Positions 50,100 through 63,001 of a stretch of 64,000 nt of DNA are shown in pieces. The notes below the pieces were generated by a model. That model made no database searches. It saw only the letters and a list, made by a program, of their open reading frames with translations, and was not told the DNA's origin. The DNA comes from Eledone cirrhosa. Taxonomy: Eukaryota. Positions within the stretch are counted from its first letter, which is position 1. Each line of letters opens with the position of its first letter. The stretch covers positions 249,426,001 through 249,490,000 of the forward strand of contig OZ024743.1 of the NCBI GenBank assembly GCA_964016885.1, in the 5' to 3' direction. Made by a program: the position numbers and the translations under genes.

Positions 50100-50450
50100 A
50101 GGCTCTATACTCCAGTCTAGAGACAAGACGGTCTTATCCTTTGTCCCTGGGTTACAGGTAGGTGTCTCATCTGGGACGCCACAGTCAGTGACTCTTTTGC
50201 TCCCTGTCACATCATGGACGTTGTGGTAAATGTGAGGGTCACTGCTTCCGTTGTCGAACGGAATAAAATTCGGAAATACCTAGATTTATCCAGTAATTAT
50301 TTTTTTCCAGCCTGTGGCGTGCGAGACGTTTTGGTGGAGTCGGGCCGCTGACAGCGAAGTTCTTGTCATCGCGTCTTACTGGGGTGATGCCCATGAAAGG
50401 TGCCTGGTTGTTTCAGCATCTTCACCTGTGGCAATGCTGCGATCGTATTG
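50100..50450 (+). mobile_element. CRE-like non-LTR element, RLE nuclease fragment
   Basis: RQDGLILCPWVTGRCLIWDATVSDSFAP, K..KY, FQPVACETF. Confidence 0.7.
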
Positions 50451-52829
50451 GCTTGCCTCAAAGTGTTTAATTAACCCTTATGATGTGATGTGCGACCGAT
50501 TGTCGAATTTAGTTGTGAATTGCCCTCCCCCCTCCATCTTCTTTTTATGTTTTGTTATCTCTCTTTTTAAATTTATATTTGTATATATTATGTCTTTGTG
50601 TTTAGTTCTGTGAATTTGTTATTTTTTGTCCAGACGGTATGTTTCTGTTTTCGTGATTTCTCATCGAAATAACATTATATATTATATAAAGTACCAGTAA
50701 TGCACTAGGTAATTGCTGGCCTTGTGCCAAAAGTAGAAACAATTATATATTTTATTTACTGAAGATTTATATAAATAACATTGCAAATAATTAAAAAAGA
50801 GAAAGAAAAGGGAAAGGAAAAAAAAGAAGAAAAAAACACACAAGCAGGTAATACATACATCTAGGACCACATACAACAAAAGGCAGGCGAAAGGGGTGGA
50901 CAAACTAATCACTACCAGATAAAAGATAATATCGCGAGAAGCACTGGGAAACCTCTAATAATTTTTTTAAGCAACCATCAACATCTACACAGAATGTGCC
51001 TCTCTTCTATTATAGGTAGGCTGAGTGAATACTCCGCATGAGTTAAGCAAAAACTGCAATTGTTTTTATAGATTTTCCCTTTCTTTACCATTTATCTCCT
51101 CTTCTCACTCTCTATCAATTTCTCCTCTTCTCTCTATCCCTTAGGTATATCAACTCGTCCTTCAATCACACTTGTTCACTAAACCCAGCCCTGGCTGTGG
51201 TTCTATCCAGCTACATCACTCACCCCAACGCAAGACCAGAGTTGCCGAAACTTTTTTTCTCAGTTGTACTAAAAACTTTGTTTCAAAAGTACTAAAATAT
51301 ACAAAAACGTACCAAATCCAATTCCCCCATTCCTTACACCTCCCACGTCCTAACACTCCAACCCTCACCAGCTAAGTACCCTATCCTAGACATACCTCTC
51401 CAATCCCCACCCTACATACACGCACCTCCCCCATCCTAGCCTCCAGTCCAGACTGTAAATGTTCTGTATGAGCAAGACACGGTCACCTAATCTGACTTGT
51501 CTCACAACGTGACAACTCGTCTAACCCATGCTAGCATGGAAAAATGAAGTTATATATTTTAATTAAAAAGAAATGTCTTCTTCTACAATTTTCTTGCTGT
51601 ACCAGTTTCTTGTAGTTTGAGACAAAATTGCTGTTGTGGAATCCACTTAGTGCAATCAACATTTTGTAGCAGTGACTTTGATCTTAGCAGGCCATTTAAT
51701 GTTGACATGATTAAAGCATTGTGATTTTTTTGTTTTTATGTTGTTGAAAAAGGACAAAACTCTTTCTGCAGCTGCTGAAGAATGTGGCAATGAAAGAAAG
51801 GGGCCCCACCAACAACAACAGCCGTAGCATTTTATTTGTGCCCTCTGCTGGGCTTTTTAGTTTTAGGATGGTTAGATTTTTTTTATTTAATACCTGTATG
51901 TGTAACTTTTTAATTCTAATTACTTGCACCAAGCTGACTTTGATATGTAAAATTTAGAGTTTGCTGTGTATTCTAATTTTTTGTGTATAAGGGACCTTCC
52001 AAACCTGAAGTGCCTTGCGTCCTCCAAGGTCTAAATCCAGCCCTGACTCAACTGATGCTATTTTAAGTGAACAGAACATTGCGCAGGCTTTATGAAATCT
52101 GTCTCCTTCACTGTTTGTTTCGCTACTTTCACATTCTTTTGGTATTTTCTGTCTCTTTATGCCTTATTATTTGACCAGCTATCTCAAAATTGCACAATTT
52201 CCAACCACAATGAAAATTTCTCATTGTTTAATAATTTTGACGGAACTTTTCTTTCATAGAAAGTGGATTTCAGTTTTTTCGTCTAAAGAGTGTCCTTTTC
52301 ATCACTATCAGAAATATTCACTTTTTCCCAACTTATGAGGGGTACAAAATGTTTCTCAAAAAGCAAGACAGTTCAAATATTGAAAGATGACACCACCAAA
52401 GCACACTGCATGCCATGACACAACTGCTTAAACTGAACTGATATAGTTATCATTATTTATCTATATTAGATTTTCTTGTGTATTGCCAGTGGAAACTATT
52501 CAAGTAAAACGTCCACTGATCAATTGCGAGCAAATAGTGTGTTATTATGGACTACCAGGATAATACAGAAAATGGTTGGCTACTGATTTAAAATACTACA
52601 GAGAAGAGTATTGCTATCAAGTAAGATCTGAAGGACACATTTAATGGATAGATTCTTGGCATAAAAGTTGTTATAGCTGATGAATAGTAAATCATTAAAT
52701 GGTGATTTTAGAATACCAAGTAAGCCAAATTCGAAAGCAAGTACAATCTCTAAAACATATCAAAAGATCCGGATGTGGTACCAAACATACAGAAATGTCA
52801 AACTAAGGGCAAAACATACCAAATTTATA

Positions 52830-53630
52830 GGAATGTACTAACTTCGGCAGCACTGCTCAAGACATGTCTGAGGCTCCCCCCCCCCTCTCCCTGCAGGAAG
52901 TTGAGCAGTGTTGCCTGAGCACCATGCACAATAGGCGGAAGAAAGGAAGTGTTCCAACTGTAACAATTTCTTGTGTCAAACTTACCTGACATGCGCTGGA
53001 ATCCCTGCATCAGTGGCATTGCCAGCTTAACCCCCTTGACACCACAGATTGAGCCTGAGGCATGGGAGGACACAGGATCAGGAGAGAATGAGGTCCTAAC
53101 TGTGTGATATCAGGGACTTCCAGATCCCTGGCAGTGTTGTTGCTTTGTCTGTGTCTAGCAAGACTGTGACAGCAGCCCTGAAATCCTTCCTAGTGAGCAG
53201 TACTGGTGGAGTGGATGGCCTACAACCCGACCACCTCAGAGACATAATCCCGCCATGCTCTGCTGAGGCGGGAGTACAGCTGTTCCAATCCATTACTGAT
53301 CTCACTAACAGGCTTCTTTGTGTCAACTTCCTCTGCCATGCCCATGATCTTCTTTTCAGTTTACTTGATGACATTGAAGAAGATTGATGGTGGCATGCAA
53401 CCCATTGCAGTGGGCAATGTCTTTTGGCAAATTGTGACCAAGATAGCCTGCAGGTCAGTTGTTGACGACCTGAGCAAGGTTTTCAGCCCTGTCCAGCTCG
53501 GAGGGTGAGTTAAATGTGAATGTGAGGTGACTGCTCTTATAGCCAGACACTTCATAGGGTCCACACATCCTTTGTCACCTTACCTCCTGGTGAAGCTGGA
53601 TATGCATAATGCCTTCAACAGCAACCAAAT
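52830..53630 (+). mobile_element. CRE-like non-LTR element, RT N-terminal fragment
   Basis: KSF..S.GGVDGLQPDHL, KK.DGG.QPIAVG, PVQLGG, KLDMHNAFNS. Confidence 0.75.
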
Positions 53631-54273
53631 CTTTCTGTTTTCAGAAAAAGGAGCATTTTTGCATGGTTTCAAAGTCTGATTCGTTGAAAGCACACAAAAT
53701 AACCTGGAAAAGGAAAGAAATTCCCCAAAAGAAAACTCCAAGGATTCCTCCCTCTCCCCTCTTTTTTTCTGGAAAAAAAGTTGTTTGCAATGCTTTCAGA
53801 GGTCAGATTAGTTGAGAGCACATGAAAAAAACGTGAGAAAAAATATTTCTTATAAAACGAGACAATTTTTTTCTTGAAAATTTACCCTAGAGAGTTAACT
53901 TTACCATAGTCTATGTTTAGTTGATCGAAACATTAGACCAATCAGCATGAACATGGAGTGAAACAAAACTATCGTGGGTGCATGGGACATCAAACGCTGT
54001 TCCCAACATACCCACAGGAATTTATATGGCGCAGTTATCAAGATAATATTTTCATGCAATTTTTAAAATATTTCAGTCTCCCTTTAATGAATTTTTACTC
54101 ATATTAAATCACTCAAATTTAATTATTTTTGCTTTCATATTTCATTTCCTTGATAATAATAATTTTTTTTCATAAATTATTTGGTCTTCATTTTACAAAT
54201 AACATTCAGTTTCTTTTCATCACTTACAAATGTTTGTTGTCGATGACAATGAAGAAATACTAACATTAATGTT

Positions 54274-54675
54274 GTGGATTGGCAGTATCGGTAGAGGGTC
54301 AGACGACATGTTTTGACGCATAGAGTTACGGTCCTTGCCATTCTGAGTTCAAATCCCGCCGAGGTTAACTTTGCCTTTCATCTTTATGGGGGTCGATAAA
54401 ATAAAGTACCAGTAATGCACTGGGTAATTGTGGCCGTGTGCCAAAAGTAGAAACAATTATTTTAGACGGTGGATTGGCAGTATCGGTAGAGGGTCGGGCG
54501 CCATGCTTTGCAGCAAAGAGTTATGGCCCTTTATCGTCTGAGTTCAAATCCCACCGAGGTTAACTTTGCCTTTCATCCTTACGGGGTCGATAAAATAAAG
54601 TACCAGTAATGTACGATCAACTAAACATAGACTATGGTAAAGTTAATTGCTGGCCTTGTGCCAAAAGTAGAAACA
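54274..54675 (+). mobile_element. Head-to-tail dimer of young tRNA-SINEs, 9-bp flanking duplication
   Basis: Two SINE bodies (54274-54462, 54466-54675); attaatgtt at 54265-54273 and 54676-54684. Confidence 0.85.
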
Positions 54676-54949
54676 ATTAATGTTTATATGATGCTGGCGA
54701 AATATTTTTGTTTTCTTATTTCAAACTCTATTGTCAATGTTTGATCCATTCAGTTCAGTAACTTAGGAAAGAAGGTAAAATCTGAACATTCCCAGCTACA
54801 GCTGTTCCCAACTTTATTTAAACCACTTCCCTCCTATTTTAACTTACTTTAAAAATTCTTAATGCAGTAATTTAAGGGGTTATGTACATCGTATTTAGGT
54901 TCCTTTACATTAAATACTTAAAATTAAAACAAAATAAACTGATATTGAA

Positions 54950-55370
54950 AATCGGTGGTATTCAAATGAATATGAATGTTGGGTAATGACCAAAAGAATA
55001 CAATTGCGAACACAGGCAGCCGAAATTGGGTTCCTCCAAAGGGTTTTTGGAGTAATGTTACTCAATAGAATACGTAGCTCAGAGATCAGAGTCACTTCAG
55101 GTAGAGCTGCTACTTCTCCGAATTGAGAGATCACAGCTCCGATACTATGGGCATGTGGTTAGAATGTCTCAGGAAAGAATCGCTGGACATATTTCATGAG
55201 CAAAACCAACTAACAGGAGACCCAGAGCAAGATGGTTGGATAACATCTATGAGCTTGGCTGGTCTTGCTTGGAGATCCAGCCAGATCAGTTGGAAATGGT
55301 TGCTTCTGACAGGACCCGTTGAGAGCTCTTCCCCCACAACCCTCTCAGGGATAAGTGAGTGAAGAAGAAC
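54950..55370 (+). mobile_element. RTE-clade LINE 3' fragment of a distinct family
   Basis: YECWVMTKR..QAAEIGFLQR, RSQLRYYGHVVRM, RPR.RW.D motifs. Confidence 0.75.
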
Positions 55371-55399
55371 CCTCATACATAGAATGGAGGGTAGATTTT

Positions 55400-58300
55400 G
55401 GAATAAATTGAAAGCAACGAAGATGTTAGTGTGTCACCAGTAATTTTATTTACTTGTCCTAATATTTTGGGTATAAAAACTCTTCATCAGAAGACTATAA
55501 GAAACTGGCTCAGAGTTCATACTTTCATTGTTATAGGTTTGTCATTTTACTTCTTTGGTTTGCAACCAGTGGTCTATATAGCTGCCAGAAGTAATGGGAG
55601 GATGTCATCATCTGTAGACTGACATATGTATAAAGTTGTGTGAGAGTATTCCTGTTAAATATTGTGTGCTTTTGGTTATGTTTTTATGTCAAATTGTTTT
55701 TATACAAATGTTGTGTCAAGTTGTAATAGTTTAGATAATTTAGCTATTCTGGATTGAGTTGTGTGTTCAGGTTATGTGTGCACTTTTATGTTACGTATTG
55801 CATGCTTAGTTCTAATCTCTTGTTGATTTGTGGGTTAAGCTTAGTTATTATTTCTTACTTGATTCTAAGGTTGTCTATGTTATCCCTGGCATCAATGGTA
55901 ATTGTCTATGAATTTCCTGAAGGAGGATACTTGTGTATTGAGAGGTTCTTTAATGTGGGTGGGGAGAGATGTAATGGTACTACCGATGTAAAAATCCCTG
56001 CAGTTGTCACATTGAATGCAGTATATCATATATGCTTGCTGGCACATATGTGTCAGTTTGCCAGCATCATTGGTTGTTGATGTCCCTGGGTCATTCTTTC
56101 GATAGGTGTCCTTGTAACTGAGGGCCACAGTGGGCTAATTGCATATCTAGTCCCTCCTTGCAGATGACTATGTATCACCATAGCTATTTTCTGTGGTAAT
56201 TTCAGGAAGCATCTATTGGAAGAGGTCCTATGTTTCCAGCATTACAGGCACCTATGACAACTCATGGTGGATGTTGGATATTCGTTGACCTCTAGTATTT
56301 CTAGGAAATGTGCAGTGTGGGTGACTTGGTCTTGCACCTTGCTGCCTTTGTTGCGGATATGTATGAGTTCATTGCTTATGTACCTGGTTTTAGCACCAAA
56401 GGGGAATGCTGATTTGTAATGAATAAACAGGTCTTTGCAGGTCGATTTCCTGTAGAAGTTGGTGTGGATGTCACCTTCTATTACCCTTAGTTGGAAGTAA
56501 GGTAGGGACAGGGATTCAGTGCTATCAGAGTGTTCCGCACTGACTATATTATCATCTACATTCAGTAATCATCATCATCATCATCATTTTACGTCCGCTT
56601 TTCCCTGCTTGCAAGGGTGGGACGGGTCTTATTCAGCACAGCATCTCTCCACTCGTCACGGTCCCTCGTCATCTCCACCGTGAGCTTCAATGATCTGAGG
56701 TCTGTTCTCACCACCTCCGCCCATGTTTTTCGTGGTCTACCTCTACCACGTCTTCCTTCAACTGGCATTTCCTGGCACTTCTTCACCCATCGGTCATCCT
56801 CCATGCGCATCACATGTCCATACCACCTCAGTCTCCTCTCCCGTACACTACATTCTATCCCTCTCAGACACAGTTTCTCTCTCAACACATTTATGCTGGG
56901 TCGTTCACGCACATCCAACGGAGCATGCTTGCCTCATTTCTCTCCAGCCGTCGCATATCTTCTGCGGTTGCTGCCCATGTCTCACTACCATGCAGCATCG
57001 CGCTCCTCACACAGGCATCATACAACCGGCCTTTCGTACGCAGGGAGAAACCCTTCTTCGTCAACAGAGGAAGCAGCTTCCTAAACTTCTTCCAACCCGT
57101 CCTTATTCTAGATACTATGGCCTCGGAACACCCTCCTCCCATGCTAATCTGATCTCCTAGGTACCGGAAGCTATCCACCACTTCTATAGCGCCCTCTCGC
57201 ATTTGAAAAATGTGTCTATCAGTGTGACTTCTACTGTCTAATTTCCCTGTACATCTACTGCATACATATTTCTCCCTACCTGTTAGTTTGCCTGCTATCC
57301 CGCTACATCTCTTGTGTACCCAGGACCTACATTGTGTGCATTTTATAGAATTTATGCCAGTTCCTTTTCTGCATATCGAACATGGCCATTTCCCTGACGG
57401 AATCAGGGTTTTGTCCTCTTTTCTACTCATCAACACTTTTGTCTTAGCTAGATTTACTCTCAGTCCTCTTGCTTCCAACTGCTGTTTCCATAGCCGGAAT
57501 TTATTCTCTAGCTCCTCTACTGATTCTGCCATAAGAGCCAGATCGTCAGCATAGAGAAGTTCCCATGGACAGCCAGTCTTAAACTCCTCTGTTATGGCTT
57601 GGAGGACTATAATGAACAAGAGCGGGCTGAGGACCGAACCCTGATGTACTCCTACTTGTATCTGGAATTCCTCACTAAACTCCATTCCTACCCTCACTTT
57701 ACTGAGAGTACCTCTGTACAAAGTTTGCACTGTCCTTACAAGCCATTCCTCAACACCCAGCTTCCTTAGGGACCACCAGATGACAGATCGGGGTACCCTA
57801 TCAAAGGCCTTCTCTAGGTCAACAAAGGCTAAGTATAGTAGCTTATTCTTCTCTAAGAACCTCTCTTGCATTTGTCTCACCAAGAAGAGGGCATCTGTTG
57901 TACTCTTCCCAGGCACAAAACCAAACTGCATCTCATCTAGTTTGACCCTTTCTCTAATTAGTTGTGCTAAAATCCTTTCTGCCACTTTCATAACCTGATC
58001 TATCAGTTTTATACCCCTATAATTGCTCTTCTCCAAAGCATCCCCTTTACCTTTGTAGCAATTTATGAGAATACTGCTGCACCAGTCTTTGGGTATGACA
58101 CCACCATATATAGCCTGATTGATTATGCGTGTAACCAGTTTAGTGCCTACGTCCCCTGATGCCTTCAGCATCTCAGCAACTATTCCCGATGGTCCGGCCG
58201 CCTTACCATTTTTCATTTCCCTAATCGCCTCTTGGACCCTATATTCGTCAATGTCAATAGCTGGTCCCTCTGTCGGATCTACCAAGGGTAATTTCTCTCT

Positions 58301-61300
58301 CTCCCATTCGTTCTCCACATTCATCAGTCTCTCATAATGACATTTCCAGGCCTCCTTTTTCTGGTCATTTGTGACACTAAGTACACCGGCATCATCCCGG
58401 ACACATTTATCACCAACAACATCCTGATTTGCATTGACACACTGCCTTGCAATGTGGAACACCGCACGCCTCTGATCTTCCCGTCGCAGAACATTGGCAA
58501 ACCTCCTACTCTCTGCCTCTCTGCGTGCTAAGTACACCTGACGTCTAGCTTCTCTCTTAGTGGCTGTATATTCTTCCCTACTCCCACCCTTTTTCCAAGC
58601 CTTCCATGCTAGTCTTTTGTCTCTAATAGCCTTATCTACACTGCTGTTCCACCACCAGGTCACTCTCTGTCTGGTTGGAGCTCTGCTCGAGCCACAGGTT
58701 TCATCAGTAGCCTTCAGCAAGTTGTCACGTAAGAACTTCCAGTTATTATCTATGTCATACGTCTCTAAATCGTCTTCTTTTTCGTCATATACATCTTGAA
58801 GGGCTTTCCTAAATTTGAATTTTAGTGAAAGGTCTTTTAGCTTCCAGACCTTTCTTCTCCACACCTTCCTATATGTCTCATTCCATCTCTTGCTTACTGA
58901 GATATCACTAACAACTAACCTATGCTGTGGGGTACATTCTTCCCCAGGGTATGCCTTGGTATTAGACACTATCTGCCTGTCCCGCTGCCTAACTAGCAGG
59001 AAGTCAATCTGGCTTATGTGCTCACCAGATTTGTAGGTTATTAGGTGATTGGCAGGTTTCTGGAAGTTTGTGTTGCAAATAGTCAATGTACTTGCATCAC
59101 AAAATTCAAGAAGTCTCACTCCTTCTTCATTTCTTGAACCGTAACCGTGCCCACCATGTACCCCAGCGTAACCATCCTGGAGCTGTCCAACATGACCATT
59201 GAAGTCTCCTGCTAGCATAACGATGTCTCCGTCCTCTGTCATTGTGGTTGTTTGCAAAAGTTGCTCATAAAAGCAGTCTTTCTCATCTTTGCCTAGGCCT
59301 GCTTGGGGAGCATAGACCGAGATGATTGTCAGTAGTCTCCTACCTACAACTAATCTAAGCTTAATTATTCGATTACTAACTCGAACTACCTCTGTCCTAG
59401 ATATTCTATCGCCCTCTTCACAGAAGAGCATATGTCATCTATGTACCTGGTGAAGTGGGCACAGGCATAGCAGGTGTTGAGTACATGACATTCCAGCTGA
59501 TTCTTGTAGGTGATGGCCAGTAGTCCTGAGAAACTGGATCCCATGGGTAGACCTGCTGTTTGTTTGAAGGAGTGGTGGGGGAAGGTGAAGTATTATCTAC
59601 GATGATGGATAGGAATGGGTGTAATTTGGATGTGGTGAATTTGAAGCAGTATATGTCATAAGAAATGATGCAGTCAGTCACTAGGTTGACTGTTGGGTGG
59701 ACAGCTATTGATATGTAAAAGACAATATCGAAGCTGAAGGTGTATCTATTACATTTAAGTTGTACTTGGTAGTTGGCGGAGTCCGTGTATGACCTCAACA
59801 GAGCTACTGACATGTCCTGGAAAGGTGAAAAGTATAGGTTTGGTGATCTGGGAAAGGAGCCAGGAGATTTTGTAGAGAGGTCCTTCTAAACTAAATCAAT
59901 GGGTCTAATCTGGAGTTTGGTACCAGTTTTATGGTTTTTTACGAGATGGTAGAATGCTGGTAGTCAGCTGTTCCCAGTAGTGAAGTTGTTTTTGCATTTG
60001 TTAGGAAGTTATCTCTGTTTGCAAATATCAGCACAGGCAGTATTAATGTGGTCTTTGATTTGGATTGAGGTTGTGCCTGTCGTTTCTGAGTATAGTTGAC
60101 CATTGCTGAGATGTTCAAAAGTCAGGTTGTTATATGTCTCACAGAAGACAACTTAGAACTCTTTCTCTTTATCAGAAGGGAGATATAGAAGGTCCTTTTC
60201 TCATAGGTTTTTTTTTAGAATGAGTTGTGTCCAAGAGGTTGGAGGGGGAGGGGGGGGGGGGTATTCTTGTTTGTCTCTGTGGGATGGTTAAAATTGACTG
60301 CTTGTGTCTGGAATGTTTGAGATCGAGCTAGCAGTTGGCAAGGGATAGATAGAGCAGGTGATTGAGGTGGTATGTGGGAAATTTAGTGAAGGAATTCGTT
60401 GCAGTAGTGGTGGTGTTGGCAGTGTTGTTGTTGTTAATGACTGATAGCCATTTTAGTTGATAAACAGCTCAGTAAAAATTAGGCTTTAAGGTTGAGCCTT
60501 ACTTTGTCATCCAGTCGTTGTGATAAAATAAATTTAGGGCTTGACTGAAGAGCTTGAGTTCTTCGTGAAGGAGCAATCCTATTAAGTGTGTGACGAGAGG
60601 TTTTGTTTCACATGGTGTGTGAGTATCGGTCAGTGTGTTGGTAGCCTCAGTGGTAGGGTTGTCCTGTCTGTCTAAGTTGGTGTGGCAGGAAGAACTGTTG
60701 TTGCAGTGGTATTTATTGTAAAGCCACAGGAATTTCACCTTTGGGTGTTTCTTCTTTTTCTTGATGCAGTGGTCATAGCATCTGTCTATAGCTGTAGTTG
60801 TTTCTTGGGGCAATCAGTTATCATTCAAATGGTTCAGTTAGGTCAGCCATGCCTAAAATATTTACTATCACTAGACCATCATTGTTGATATAATTAATGG
60901 TTGCTTTTTTTATTTTTTTGTACTTCTTCTGTAGTTTCTTAAGTATAAATTTTTAATAAGTTGTTAATGTCCATGGAGTAGTAGATATTGCCAGTTTTGT
61001 GGCACAGATTAATATTCCTTCCTTTTTTCTAAGTCTGTCCATAATTGATTGCAGATTTTTCTGGAATTTACTATGGTGTTGCCAACTATATCTATTAGAT
61101 CAATTTCAAAGGCCTCTAGATGTGGATTATGTGGTGTGTTTCTATAGGATTTAAATCCAAAATTATTATTCTCAGAATCCTGGTTGTTGTTTAGACTAGT
61201 TCTTTCCTTTTCAAAGTGGTATACTTTCCATCTAACACAGTGGATAAAACCATTAGTTTTTTTATCATTTTCTTAAGGTTATCCTTCCCGAATTGAAGTG

Positions 61301-61400
61301 GAATGTTTTTTAGAGAAATGCCTAGGTGGTGTTTTTTTTTTATCTATAGTGTGTTGAGGAAGCTCTACCTAATGGGAGCGAGGTATATGAAGATTGAAGA
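55400..61400 (-). mobile_element. Penelope-like element (RT plus GIY-YIG), degraded, interrupted by an RTE
   Basis: FYHLVKNHK...IRPI, SFDIV, MGSSFSG, RYIDDIC (~59420-59450), FYRKST..L...SA.P, GIY-YIG IYCIQCDNCRDFYIGST (~55970-56030), decayed hammerhead at 55456-55495. Outer limits approximate. Confidence 0.8.
56569..59393 (-). mobile_element. Young 5'-truncated RTE LINE (family A), ORF nearly intact
   Basis: ORF 56891-59431 has ~830 stop-free RTE codons from mid-endonuclease through RT; one frameshift near 56912; (GAT)n tail. Confidence 0.95.
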
Positions 61401-61509
61401 TAAGGGAATTTTCACTTTCTGTTAGTAAATTGAACTTGTGGAAGGATCATACTTATATTAGTAAAAGAACAGATTACCAAGTTCTTTTCTCAATGTATTT
61501 ATACCACAA

Positions 61510-61990
61510 ATCAAAGTACTTGATACATGGTAAGATGCAGAGTGGTTATATTGTCCAATATACATACATTTACCTTATCTCTCAGCTCAACCATGCTTTG
61601 TTTTCCATGTACTTTAGTATTGTACAACATGCTCTCTTCACTTCTCTCTAGCCTTCTCATATTCTTTGCATTCATTGCCCATGTCTCACTATCATGCAAC
61701 ATCGCACACAGGCATTTCTTTTGTAGAGAGAAATCTTTTGTTCTAAATAGAGTTAATTGCCCCCTGAACTTTTTCCATCTTGTTTTTGTTCTAGTTTGTA
61801 TGCTCTCAGTGCAACTTCCTCCACCATTAATTAGATCTCCTGAGTAGCAGAAGCTATCAACCACTTCTATGGATCATTCCTGGGATTGGAAAATGTTTAT
61901 TTCACTGATGCTCTTACTCACTCTCTTTCATCTTTTGTGACGAAAGTCTATTTATATTTCCCTCCTTCTTGCCTTACTATTTGCACAACT
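61510..61990 (-). mobile_element. Degraded RTE LINE fragment
   Basis: VDSFCYSGD, WKKFR, HDSETW, LERSE motifs. Confidence 0.8.
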
Positions 61991-62369
61991 TGATTGCACC
62001 ATATCCTGTCCCGCTTCCATTTGTAAGACTTTTTATTGTTATTTCTTAACATTAGTCACTTTGCTGTCTTAATCAAAAGACACTCACTTGTTCTATTTTG
62101 TCTCTATGTTGTAGTGTTATCTCGTGCATCTCTCTGGCAGCTTGTTCTAAGCCGTTGTGCAACCTGGACTCAATATTATGCAATATCATCTTTATGCATG
62201 AAATTAATTTGCCCAGAGAGTGGCTGAAAAGAATGTCCCATGTATTTCTTTTTCATTTGCAACTTTGCTACATACACACATACCCATATATATATATATA
62301 TATATATATTACAGACTTGAGCTGTGATAACATGTATAACCCATCATTCCAGCATAAAGATGCAGATGT

Positions 62370-62550
62370 AATAATTGTTTCTACTTTAGGCACAAGGCCA
62401 GCAATTACCCAGTACATTACTGGTACTTTATTTTATCAACCCCGTAAGGATGAAAGGCAAAGTCAACCTCGGCGGGATTTGAACTCAGATCGTAAAGGGA
62501 CGTAACTATGCTGGAAAGCATGGCGTCCGACCCTCTACCGATACTGCCAA
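62370..62550 (-). mobile_element. tRNA-derived SINE (young)
   Basis: Nearly identical to 17685-17872. Confidence 0.88.
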
Positions 62551-63001
62551 ATGATAGAGACAGATGGAGAGAAGGTGTAATATTTAATGATAAATAACAG
62601 TGAATAGATCTTTCTGCAGGGTGTATTTATCAATTACAAGATTACAACTCAGATGCAGATTACCAAGATATTTCACAACGTTAATTATTTTTGTCTAGTT
62701 TCAATTTTGCTGTGGATTACATCTAAAGACTAACATCATATTGGATGATTCCCCATATATTTCACATAAATGTAGGATTTTTTTTATGTGCAGAGTGTTT
62801 TCATTTGTCAAAGTTTATAATTCACAAATCATTATTTGTGAAAGTCTTAGTAAAAGAGTTTCTTTTAAATGAAAGTACATTTGTTGAGAATTCAAGGATA
62901 ATAATTTCGGACATATTTCACCATGAAAAATATTGTCCAGTATGTACTTGATGGTGGACATTAAGTTTAGATTTATCAAAGAAGGATTTTTCATAATTCA
63001 G

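Noticed and set aside
53895-54646. MITE with 33-bp TIRs and TTAA TSD
   Set aside because: The right arm sits inside a SINE whose halves are colinear across it, so a templated insertion fits better.
43230-59036. Many 60-230 aa ORFs antisense to RTE copies
   Set aside because: Shadow frames of LINE coding sequence, repeated in every copy, with no independent motifs.
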